Assembly: GCA_051362555.1 (NCBI GenBank)
Contig: CM120649.1
Coordinates: 15,066,001 to 15,130,000, forward strand
Source of the DNA: Lingula anatina
Lineage: Eukaryota; Animalia; Brachiopoda
Direction of reading: 5' to 3'
DNA: 64,000 nt
Below are positions 1 to 10,079 of this stretch, one piece after another. Position 1 is the first letter of the stretch. Every line of letters begins with the position of its first letter. Both the position numbers and the translations under genes were made by a program. The notes below the pieces were generated by a model. It worked only from the letters and a program-made list of their open reading frames with translations. It searched no databases and was not told the origin of the DNA.

Positions 1-68
1 AGTGGGGGCTCGCAATGAAACCGGTCTTCTGTTGACGGCTATGACACTAAATCCCGTTTACAAGTGTC

Positions 69-289
69 CTACATGAAAAGTGGCGCGAATACTGATACAA
101 ATAGTAAGGGCAGTGTGGTCATGGAAGCTTGCAGAAGTGTTGATCCCGAGAGGGCGAGAGCCAGCCTATCGTATTTTCCTCTCAATTCCTGTAAGGAAAA
201 ACGAAAGGAAAATGATCAAGACTTAGATGAGTGCCTCTCAAAAGCGAAGCAAAATGTACTGTCGGTATTTTGTAATTTAATGTGAAAGT

Positions 290-360
<71 letters not shown>

Positions 361-3300
361 TAATTTTTGCCATAATTACCCCAAAAATATCTATACAAAA
401 ACAATGTTAACCACGCATTTTCATTTCCGTTAATCACGATGAAATCAATTTGTCGATTAGAAATCAACAGATGTGACTTACTCTGATGCCACTTTTAATG
501 GACGCAACATCAGCTTTACTGTGGCTTAAATCTCCCTGCAGAGCACTTATCTTGCTGGACATGTCCTGCTGCAAGTCCTGTAATATTATCATTTTATCAT
601 ATTTCATTCCGTATAGATTAAATTGGTAGATTTCTGTATTAATATCAATTAATACATGACATTAATATAGCAGCTGTATTAATATAATCGTCAGGAAATT
701 GATTTTCTGTATATGCAGATTGCACGTTACAACGAATGAAGCTAAGGCCATACAAGTAATTTAAAGGGGGCCTTTTGAAATAACCTTTTTGGATATTCTT
801 TGTAAATAATTAGAGTATCAGATGCAGTTGTTGCAGATAAAACGTTGACGTCATCTACTGAAGTACTGGTTGACAACGTACATGTATACAGCTTAATAAT
901 GACAATATTTGCATAAATAAGTGCTCCAGAAAGGTTTACCGTTTTACTCTGGTCCAGCTTTGCTTCAAGAAGATCCAGTCGATGCCTACTGCGTTCAATC
1001 GCGTCATTTAAACTGTGTCTGATACTGGAAAAATTCTGTTGAAATAGAACAAAAATTAAATGCCGGAGCTTAGGATTAAACATGCTCTGTACACTGTCGC
1101 TTACGTCCAACAACAGGACAAATAAGTTTATTGTTTTTTTTATATTCTTGATTTATCTTTGAAAACACTCTCACTGTTAGTAGTACCTATACATACTTGA
1201 CATTTGCTTATTTTAAAGCCTCTGGCTAGAAAAAAAAAAGTATTATTATTCTCATTTGCTTAACTTACTTGCTGCATTAACAGCTCCAGCCTAGCCATCT
1301 TCCTAAAAGCCTCAGCTGTGCGGTTGTCGTTGTTATTTACCTTCCCACCGAGTCTTTCTACTTCTGCTACCAGTAACTGGAATACGAAATGTCACATCTT
1401 TTACAAATTGAAGCCTTGCAAAATGCTACGACGATTATTTCTTTAACATACATGTATATGAGGGACAAAAATTACTGTAATACTCATTCGAATTTTTGCA
1501 TTAATTCAACATCAGCAATATCTTTTTGCAGTTATCAAATGATATGTATTAATGCGTAAAATATTGAAAGAGATCTTTAAAAAAACAGCTGCTGACTTCT
1601 TAAGCTTGTAGCAATTATAAACAAAGCGCGACAATTCAAGATGGCATCGATTCAATGAACACGAGAGGTTGCAACACTCACCTCGTGATCTTGCATTAGA
1701 CTCTGAAATGAAAAGAAAAAATAATTTGTTACCAGTTTATGTTATGCAATTACCAAATATTACTTAAAGTTTAGAGAAAAAGTTCCTTTGGAGACATCAT
1801 TTTATTTAATATATTCTGTACCCGTCTTACGCGTTTCCCGGAAACCATGATATTACACATGCCAAACGTGAGGATTAGGTGACGTGGTGTTTAATACCAC
1901 AGGCAGGAAAATATTCAACAAAAAATCGCGTTTATTTAAAACAGAAAATGACATAAATACCGTTGCCCATTCACACATGACAGTGATCCGATCAATGCAA
2001 ATGAATCAGATTGCTAATACGCAAAACTACAAAATGTGTTTTTCTCTTGCCTTTAGATCATTAAAACTGTCATTCAGCAGTCGCTTGTATTCTACCAATT
2101 GCGCCTTTGTAGCCCCGTGCGATTGTGACAGATTCTAAAATACGACCAGAATGTGGGTTCTTTCAATTCACATTAAAAAATTATCTTTCATAAAATTCGT
2201 TCTTAATTTTAACTATTTAATTAGCATGCCAATTTTATTTTTTCATGTACGCTTCAAATATAACACCATTTAACATCTAAGATCACTGTGACGTCACAAT
2301 GACAATCATCAAAGGGCTGTAAATTAAAAAAAGGCAGACATCTTGTATTTTGTGGTAGGCCCTATTACGCCCTTTTCACAAATACAATCAACACAAAAAA
2401 TCTTATCTTTTATGATCTACTGGCTACAACTTAAATTCAAGATGACATGTAAATGTAATTACTTGTTATTACTCAAAACAAATAAAGTTAATGTGTTACT
2501 CTTACTGTTAGATGGTTAAAAAAATCTTCCAGCTGCTGGACATGTTCTGCCAATTGTGCCTTTGTTTTCTGGTGCGCTTGTGTCAGATTCTAAATTGAGA
2601 ACAGGATATCATGTGCTGCAGGTTCTCTCAATTCAATTTTTAAATTATCTTTTACAGTTTCAAGCATAATTCTGTGTGAAATAATCATGAACGGGTGCCA
2701 ATTTTTTTTCAGACCTCTACTTATAAAATATCAAATCAAGCATGCGACAGCTGAGATTACTGTGACATCACTATGACAACCATAGAAGGAATGCACATTT
2801 TAAAACCACAGCATGACATTTTGAAAAACACATCTTGTATTTTGTGTAACGCTTTTTCACATGTGCGATAAACCGCATAGTAAAATTATTAACGTTTTAT
2901 CATACACAGGCTTCAACTTCAAATCGAGGAGTGAAGGAATTGTTGATTCTATCAATATTTAAAAAAGTCCCGAATGACGTTTGACTCTTAACGATACTCA
3001 CTTTAATTGAATCATTATAATGACCCATCAGTATGCGGCGTTCTTGTTCAATGCTCAGATCCTGGAAAATTAATATGAATACATATACAGTTATCCGTCT
3101 TAAATAGCCGTTCGGAACACGTAAAAGGTCGACGGCGGTGAATGACTATGTAGGCCTAGATTTCTAGAGCATTTAAATCATGAATAGTAAAACTGAGGAT
3201 TTTTTTTTTTTTTTAATTTTTTCAGAACAAAATGAGGTAATGAATAAGTTTCAGATGATTTGTGTATATTATACATGTACGTTAGAAACAGATAAAAACA

Positions 3301-3827
3301 GAGATTACAGAGGACCTTTTTAAATAAAACCTACAAATGCACAAACAATACTCAAATATCCAGATTTTTTGTTACACCCAGAAGACTTAAGTCTCTATTA
3401 CACGAAAATTCTAAATTCTATTACACAAAAATTCTAGATTCAGCCATAATCTACGTACTTTTGTGGCGACCACGAAGTACTGCTCAATAGCCGACATCAC
3501 AGTACTGTTGAAAAGTCGAGATTTCAGCTCCGCTACGTCCCTGTATAATTTCGCTTCCTGTGACCTCAGTGGGCCCACAAGTATGAAACCGTACAGGAAC
3601 AACCCAACGAAAACGAGCGAAACGACTCCAAAGACTATAGCGCAAGTCTTTATGGCCTTTCCTTTATTCGAGCTGGCCCAAGGGCAACGGCGTAGACGTT
3701 CCGACGCCCGCGTTTCGTGAGGCGTTAGGGAGTCGAAACTGGTTCGCGTTTTGTCCTCATAGTCGGAAGCGCAGGTGCTCCCCTTTTCCTTCCACTGTGA
3801 TTCGGGGAAAACGTCCTCTCCCGACAT
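69..3827 (-). CDS. Type II membrane coiled-coil protein with C-terminal GPI-signal-like tail (tetherin/BST2-like topology), ~345 aa, 9 coding exons
   Basis: Manually spliced exons (minus): 3827-3459, 3061-3002, 2589-2506, 2134-2051, 1702-1682, 1376-1269, 1035-940, 577-482, 188-69 (TAG). All introns are phase 0 with polypyrimidine+AG acceptors and GT donors, except one AAG|GCAAG donor; the frame is open throughout. Product: ~60-aa N-tail ending KGKAIK, hydrophobic CAIVFGVVSLVFVGLFLYGFILV, heptad-rich ectodomain (e.g. LDLLEAKLDQSKTDLQQDMSSKISALQGDLSHSKADVASIKSGIRELRGKYDRL), 7 N-X-S/T sequons, ending LSGSTLLQASMTTLPLLFVSVFAPLFM*. The gene model is well supported; the functional label is inference. 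Confidence 0.85.
295..360. repeat. (TC)n(CA)n microsatellite
   Basis: Direct reading; lies in the last intron of the first gene. Confidence 0.95.
2051..2990. repeat. Tandem duplication of an 84-bp exon plus its upstream intron (~455-bp unit)
   Basis: Exons 2589-2506 (NLTQAHQKTKAQLAEHVQQLEDFFNHLT) and 2134-2051 (NLSQSHGATKAQLVEYKRLLNDSFNDLK) have the same length and similar sequence. Flanking introns share motifs (gat(c/t)actgtgac(g/a)tcac, catcttgtattttgtg) at a similar offset. Confidence 0.85.
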
Positions 3828-4481
3828 TGTCGTCCTACTGCTTTTACTTGTTGATGGTTGGTTAGGTTGAATTATTCAACTGAAAAAACAAAAATAAATA
3901 AAATATCATCATCATCATTATCATCATTAGTATTTTAATATTTTTATTATTAATGATGAAAGTGTTCTACTGTCATCAATTAGTTTTAAAAAAAATTTAA
4001 TAGATGAATAAAAATAGGTACCTTATTAACAAATGGACAAAAAGATGGCAAGATATTAAATGAATAGATCTAAAATTAAATGAACACATGAATAGAAAGC
4101 TTTTTCCCAGCTGTAACATGTACTCCAATTCGCTTTTTAAATATTCAGGCTAAATGTTCAAGTCTTTTTTTAAATAAACTTTTAAAAATCCCATGTGTTT
4201 GTTTTTATTTGTAATAGGAACCCTGTCTTTTCTGAATGTGTTAACTAACTGAAGTAAATTCAATTTATTATTGGACTTGGGCCAGTGAAGTTTGGTTCGG
4301 GTCTGTAAGTTGAAAAGGATTTGCCACAGTCTCAAGTTGTATAATGCGTCCTATGATAAGACCGGGGAATTTACTGAGTCGGAATATTTTTCTTCTGATG
4401 TCAGACTGCAAATAGCCTTATCTTTCACATTTGATAACATTGGCAGCAAAAATCCCCGATAATAGTACATATATAGTGTAA

Positions 4482-4621
4482 CAGGCCCGTAGCCAGCAAT
4501 TTCAAAAGAGGGGTTCTTTTTATAAATAAATGTACCTCAATAAAATTTTACGCAGAGGGGACTTTTCCTACGGATCTGTGTAAAAAAAAAATAGAGTCCT
4601 CGTTCAAAAAGCTACAGACCT
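4482..4621. mobile_element. Degenerate MITE copy (CAGGCCCGTAGC... family)
   Basis: Starts caggcccgtagccag and ends ...gctacagacct; same family as the element at 49669-49860. Confidence 0.6.
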
Positions 4622-4764
4622 ACTATAACATAGGATGACTGGGTTAGCCCATGTGAAAACCCCCCTAGCTCTGTCTAGCCTTTGTGGTTGCATCAGTTTT
4701 AAATCTACGATTTTAGTTTTAAATACATCTGACGAACTCACCATGTACGCGGGGAAATTAACCA

Positions 4765-4777
4765 GGTTTCGGTTTCA
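4765..4777 (-). promoter_or_regulatory. IRF-E/ISRE-like motif
   Basis: GGTTTCGGTTTCA (reverse TGAAACCGAAACC) matches the GAAANNGAAA IRF consensus; ~940 bp upstream of the ATG of the tetherin-like gene. Confidence 0.4.
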
Positions 4778-5667
4778 TTAGCACACCTAATATGTTTCGT
4801 ATTGGCTAATATCTACGCAGGCATGCTTTGCTGGCCTATCAAGCCATTTATAAATTAGGTCGACTTCCATACAGAAACATCCTTTGTGTAAAAGTTTTTT
4901 TACGAGGCTACTCGTACTTATTGTTATTATAATAAACTCCGCATTCTTGACCGGCTTTTCAGTCCAAATTGCTGCATTGAACTTAATAATAATGTTATAT
5001 GTAATAAGTCGTTCATTAAGTCCACAGGTTTAAAGTATGCAGTGATCAAAGACCCCCATCAGCCTAACCTACAAAGGCAATTTCTTCACCCAAATGTCCA
5101 AACGTTTTGGTTTTTTGTAATATTCCAGACAGCTTATAACGAAAACTCGGTGAAAACGGTGATTTCACATCAGTCACATAGTTCTCATGTATCTAAATAC
5201 TAAATACTGTATCTAAATCAATGTCCCTAGGGCCTATATGACTTAAACACTAACACTTCATTCTCCCCCCCCCCCCCTCCCCTCTAAACACATACCTCAA
5301 TTCACACCTGTCAACATAGTAAGTTATGCGCTTTGAACACCCTCGAACTTTGAAGACTCATTACTGCATTGGGCCCCTATTTTCTTAACTCGTACTAGTA
5401 ATCAACTTCAATTCAGAAACATATTTTTGATACTGATGTTCGGTATTCGAACTCGTGACACAGAGGCACCGTTTTTTTAAGATCGACATAGACTGATACT
5501 GCGCGCCTTCATGCAGAACCAACCGACGGAGAGGAATGGCGCTTGGATTTAAAACAGGAATGAAAAGAAACAGTAGCCGCTCAACAAATCAACAAATCAG
5601 CTTTACCACGATTTCCTACATTCTAGATCATTCTACACAGGAATCAAACATGTTCAACCTGACTAAC

Positions 5668-5830
5668 CTGCTTCGTCACCCTTCATAGAATGGCAGCAAA
5701 AGTTTGCATGTCCCTTAAATATCAGTAAACTAGCGAAACTCAGCGATCGAAACCATGACTAGTAAATATTTGCCACTGACTATTTTAAACCGTGCCCTAG
5801 GGTCAAGTTACAGCTCTCACTGCGCATGCC
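5668..5830 (-). promoter_or_regulatory. Putative non-coding first exon/promoter of the tetherin-like gene
   Basis: A splice acceptor just 5' of the ATG exon (ttttttcag, exon start 3879) implies an upstream exon. A candidate donor CAG|GTTAGT lies at 5668/5667 and an NRF1-like TGCGCATGC at 5821-5829. Confidence 0.4.
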
Positions 5831-6033
5831 CCGGTCATTTCAATAATAGAAACTTCTCTCTGTTGTTATTTAGATGAATGTATTTTAGTGTTAACTTCTG
5901 AACAGGAGTGAAGTGACTGATTTGTAGACCTAAACTAGGCCTCGTCAGTTTCTAATCTCGGTTTAGAAAGTAAAGCAAACCAGCAATCAAATGCACTTAG
6001 AGAATCGATGTGTTTCAGGTTCCCATTTTACAG

Positions 6034-6044
6034 GGGGATTCCCC
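6034..6044 (+). promoter_or_regulatory. Canonical NF-kB (kB) site
   Basis: GGGGATTCCCC fits the GGGRNNYYCC consensus exactly; lies between the tetherin-like gene and the protease gene. Confidence 0.45.
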
Positions 6045-6680
6045 GCCAAGAACTGCTGACGGTAGTTATTTTTAAGATGTCGTTTTTTATTTTGAAGTAT
6101 TAATAGAACTGCGGATGACAGTAATTTTTAAGATGCTTCTTTTATTTTGAAGTAATAATATGTGCTAATTAGTTTTTATTTCCTTTTTTCTGACTTCCGA
6201 TCTTAGGGAGAAATTATAACGCTTATTGAGGACCCCAATGCGCGAAAAATAGGCCCTACACCTATAACGTGGTAGGCTATTTCACGGGAAGGTTTGACCA
6301 TGTTTTATTTGCTGGGCAACACATAGGGCCTACTGATATCAAACACACACACATACACACACACACACACACCTAAGACCCAGTATGATTCTTGAGCACT
6401 AGATAATATAATTGTTCTTCGAAATTCCTTGCATCTTTTTTAGTTTGGGCCAATTAACAGGCAGAAGCTATCTCAGTAAATTGGCTTGGTATTTTGGTAG
6501 ACCAAAGTTTAGGCCTATATTGTGGTAAAATCGGGCTGTAAATTACTCAGTCATCGATTACCTGTACAGTGTGTCCCTCCCGCTCTGTCATCCATGTTTT
6601 TAAATCTAATATGTTACATACTCATTTATTCATTCATTAATTTTAACAGAGACAGACCAAATGCGCTAACATGTACAGTA

Positions 6681-6718
<38 letters not shown>

Positions 6719-7051
6719 GAAAGTAATCAACGCAATTGGTAGTGAAGTACAGTTTGTAGAAATATCAAACCATCATTTAGAAATTTGGTACATACATGCT
6801 AAACATTGGAATCAAAATCTGGAGAACCACACATAAGAAAAGAAAAAAAAAAAAGAAAAAAAAAACACCCGGTGTAAGACCCTCTTTCAGGGCAGCGTAC
6901 ATACATATTTTGTCTATGAGAACGATCGTCAATAAATTGCTCGACCACGGATACCTTAATCGTCTATGAACTGCATGTATAATTAAAGTACAGTACGAAC
7001 AGTTACTCTGACCCTACCTGAAATTGCTGACACTGTTGGCTTCTTCGATGT

Positions 7052-7064
7052 TGTTTCACTTTCT
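7052..7064 (-). promoter_or_regulatory. IRF-E/ISRE-like motif
   Basis: TGTTTCACTTTCT (reverse AGAAAGTGAAACA), a classical IRF1/2-type site, next to a candidate minus-strand donor (CAG|GTAGGG at ~7017). Confidence 0.4.
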
Positions 7065-7389
7065 AAAACAGTACAGAGTTATTTGCCCCGAGCTGTCCTC
7101 TTCACAAACTTCACACTGGTAAAAACACAATTGCCAGCAGCTCTTGTAAGCTACGTAACTGTAGTCCTAACCGGCAATAGGCCTATTAAAAGCAAGCACG
7201 TTCTGAAACAAACATTTTTAGAATCTACGCATGCTCAAAGCGACCGAATTAGTTCTGGAATTTTTTAAGGGCTTTCCCCTTTGTGGTAAATAATGCTGAC
7301 GTAATGCTGACTTATCTACAGGTTAAGTTCAGGTATCAAACATGCGCCCAGTAAAGCTAAAGTTCGGTTTCATCATTATTCATATTATG

Positions 7390-7790
7390 ACAACTGACAG
7401 TAATTAAGCCAATCTAGAAGTGAAGCGTGAGTCTCAATCGTCCCAATTTATTTTCCGTGACTCCGTCAATCAATCCAATTTAAGTTGTTGCCTATTAAGG
7501 ATGATATATTTATTTATGGTCATTGCAGATTTCATTTTCTGTGATCACTGAGTTTTGTTTTCCATTCTGCTTGTTCCTGTGATTGACCCCCCCCCCCCCC
7601 CCCCAGTAATGTAAAACACAGTTTGTTGCCCTTCCCCCATCACCTCCCTCATCGATATGTCTGATTTCGATGATAACATAACATGCAGTGGCGTAAAAAT
7701 ATCAAACCTAAACAAACAACCAAACAAAATTAATCAAGCGAAACAAGACCCAGCGTACGCAATCAAGATGACCGTTATCTACAGCACAAG
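7390..7790. repeat. Local direct duplication, copy 1 (copy 2 at ~9630-10070)
   Basis: Shared collinear motifs: tgaagcgtgag, ccgtgactcc..aatcaatccaatt, atttatggtcatt, tcaaacctaaacaaacaa, gaccca..tacg..atcaag. Confidence 0.8.
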
Positions 7791-9269
7791 GAATATCGCA
7801 CACACAAACAGTCCTACTGTAATTCATTGTGGTAGCGCGCGATCTACATCACACTAATTTCACTACTCACCCAAACCCAATACCGAGGTGCATTTTCCCA
7901 CGAAAAAAATTTCAAAAAAATTGAATTGAATGAATTCCAAGTTGTATTTAATTTTTTAAAATATATATATTGTATAGAATAAAAATCCGTCTCAATTTTA
8001 CACTACATTTACATGTAATTTTAACCATGCTTATACATTCTGTAAGGAGCCTAAATAGTAACTTATGTTCCGGTAACGTATGTTCTGGGTCATATAATTT
8101 TAATTTTATATCGAGTTCAGATAAATTTTGTAAGGATTCAGTCATGGTAAATAACATATGACGTAAGGTGGTTTTTATAAATATTGAAACTGTAATTCGA
8201 GGGGCTTTGCGTCATGGTTAATACTACGTAACGTCAGAAATTTTCATTTTGCCCAAGTAGGGCCTACTTAGTGCAATAGGAAACAGGGTTTCTGCTGCTT
8301 TCTGAAAAATATATTGTTATTCCATGATAGTTTGACATTTCTGATATAATATTTGGACCACGAATGCAATAGTTTATTTTATGCTTACTTTACTGTCGGT
8401 GAGGTGTATCCTCCTTGATAATATTCAGTGACAAGCAAACTAACGTCGCTCAAAAAAAAGAGAAAAAAATTAATTGCTCTATACAAAAGATTATCATAAC
8501 TTTTTATAACGTTATACTTGTAGGAGATAAATTAAAGAACAAAAAACCGTGATGATTGAATTTTCAAAGTGAGTAAAACGTTTTTGCATTTGTGACAGTA
8601 ACGTATTGGTATGTCCCTTTGTGGGGTTAGACGATGGATTATTTTTTATTAACTGTATTCAAGGTTTCAGTACAGTGAAACGTTGATACAAACTTCTTCA
8701 TTAGGGGCCCAAAAGTAATCATAAACATACTATCACTGTCTTAAAACTGATATTTAGAGGGAAGAAAGACAGCAAGGCAGTGTACATGTACATGTACAAA
8801 TGAAATAGCATCCGCAATGCAGATCGCGTTTTATAAAAGCTCATTATATTAAATAAGTTAGTTAATTTCAAACTAATTAATGGGAATGGAAGAAACCTTG
8901 GTCAAGGGAAGCACGTGTCAAAATTTGGAGAGCACATTGAAAATTTGAATTTTATATATAATACCGATGTTAAGATATGAACAAGATTTGGAGAGCACAC
9001 TGAAAAATTGAATTTTATCAACAAAGTTGAATCAACAAAATAAAGGTGCAAAATAAATGAAACCAAACTTTTGAAAAAGAAAACATTCAATCAAGTTTCT
9101 TTCCTTTAGCTGTTATTTACTTACAGAGTAAAATGTAACAATAATAATAATTATAATAAACCGATTCTTTTCGACAGATTTCAGGGTCATTTCGCAGAAA
9201 ATGCACGGCGACTACGCGTATTAAAAAAACTTGGTTTGATAACGCATCGCACAGAAGACGCACGGCGAC

Positions 9270-9425
9270 TGCCATAAGCCTTGATTACATTTCTACGGGC
9301 GCCGTGTGATGAAATTGTACATGCGATTTTATTATTTTTTTAATCGTAAAGAGCTACGCAGAGTATGTCTACATTACATGGCCTTAAATCCGTACGATTT
9401 CGTGCTATTTCGCACAGCCACCGTC
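9270..9425. repeat. Dispersed repeat fragment; inverted copy at ~50570-50700
   Basis: gattacattt..acgggcgccgtg..gatgaaattgt..gtctacattacatggccttaaatccgt.cgatttcg is the reverse complement of 50575-50698. Confidence 0.75.
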
Positions 9426-9629
9426 TAACTCCGATCAGTCGCCGTGCGATATGGGTATTAAGCCTAGGTCCCAACTACGTTTTCCACGCACGGTTTTTAG
9501 GTTCCTTGCGTCCGGCTAGGACGTAGCTAGACCGCACGTAGCGGCTGTTGATCTGTTTGCGTCCTCCAAAAGTCGCACGATGGACGTGCTCCTCACGCAC
9601 GAACTCCCACGTTTTCCCATATTCAAATC

Positions 9630-9871
9630 ACTGATAATAATTAAACCAACCCTGAAATGAAGCGTGAGCGTCTCTAATACATACGTGAGTCTTAAACCCC
9701 GTTTTATGCTTAATGTTGTAATTTTTTGTTTTACCGTGACTCCATGAATCAATCCAATTAAAGTTGTGGCCCTGATGGGTGATATTCATTTATGGTCATT
9801 CCAGATCATTTAATTTCCTGTGTTCTGCAAGCTTTTGTTTTTCATTATTTTTTCCCGTTATTGACATCTCC

Positions 9872-9915
<44 letters not shown>

Positions 9916-10070
9916 AGTGTTGGGACACCTCATCCATGGGTCTAATTCCGATGCTAACATTTGATGTAGTATTGTTAAAATTTCAAACCTAAACAAACAA
10001 ACAAAAATCAAGGAGTCGAAATACGACCCATCTTACGTTATCAAGCTGATCGATGTCTAGAGCACAAACA
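9630..10070. repeat. Local direct duplication, copy 2 (contains a (TC)n tract)
   Basis: Collinear similarity to 7390-7790. Confidence 0.8.
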
Positions 10071-10079
10071 ATCTTGCCA

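Noticed and set aside
182-373. RERE/CVCV/LSLS/HTHT/GGGG/PPPP-rich short ORFs here and throughout the window
   Set aside because: Artefacts of dinucleotide microsatellites and homopolymer runs.
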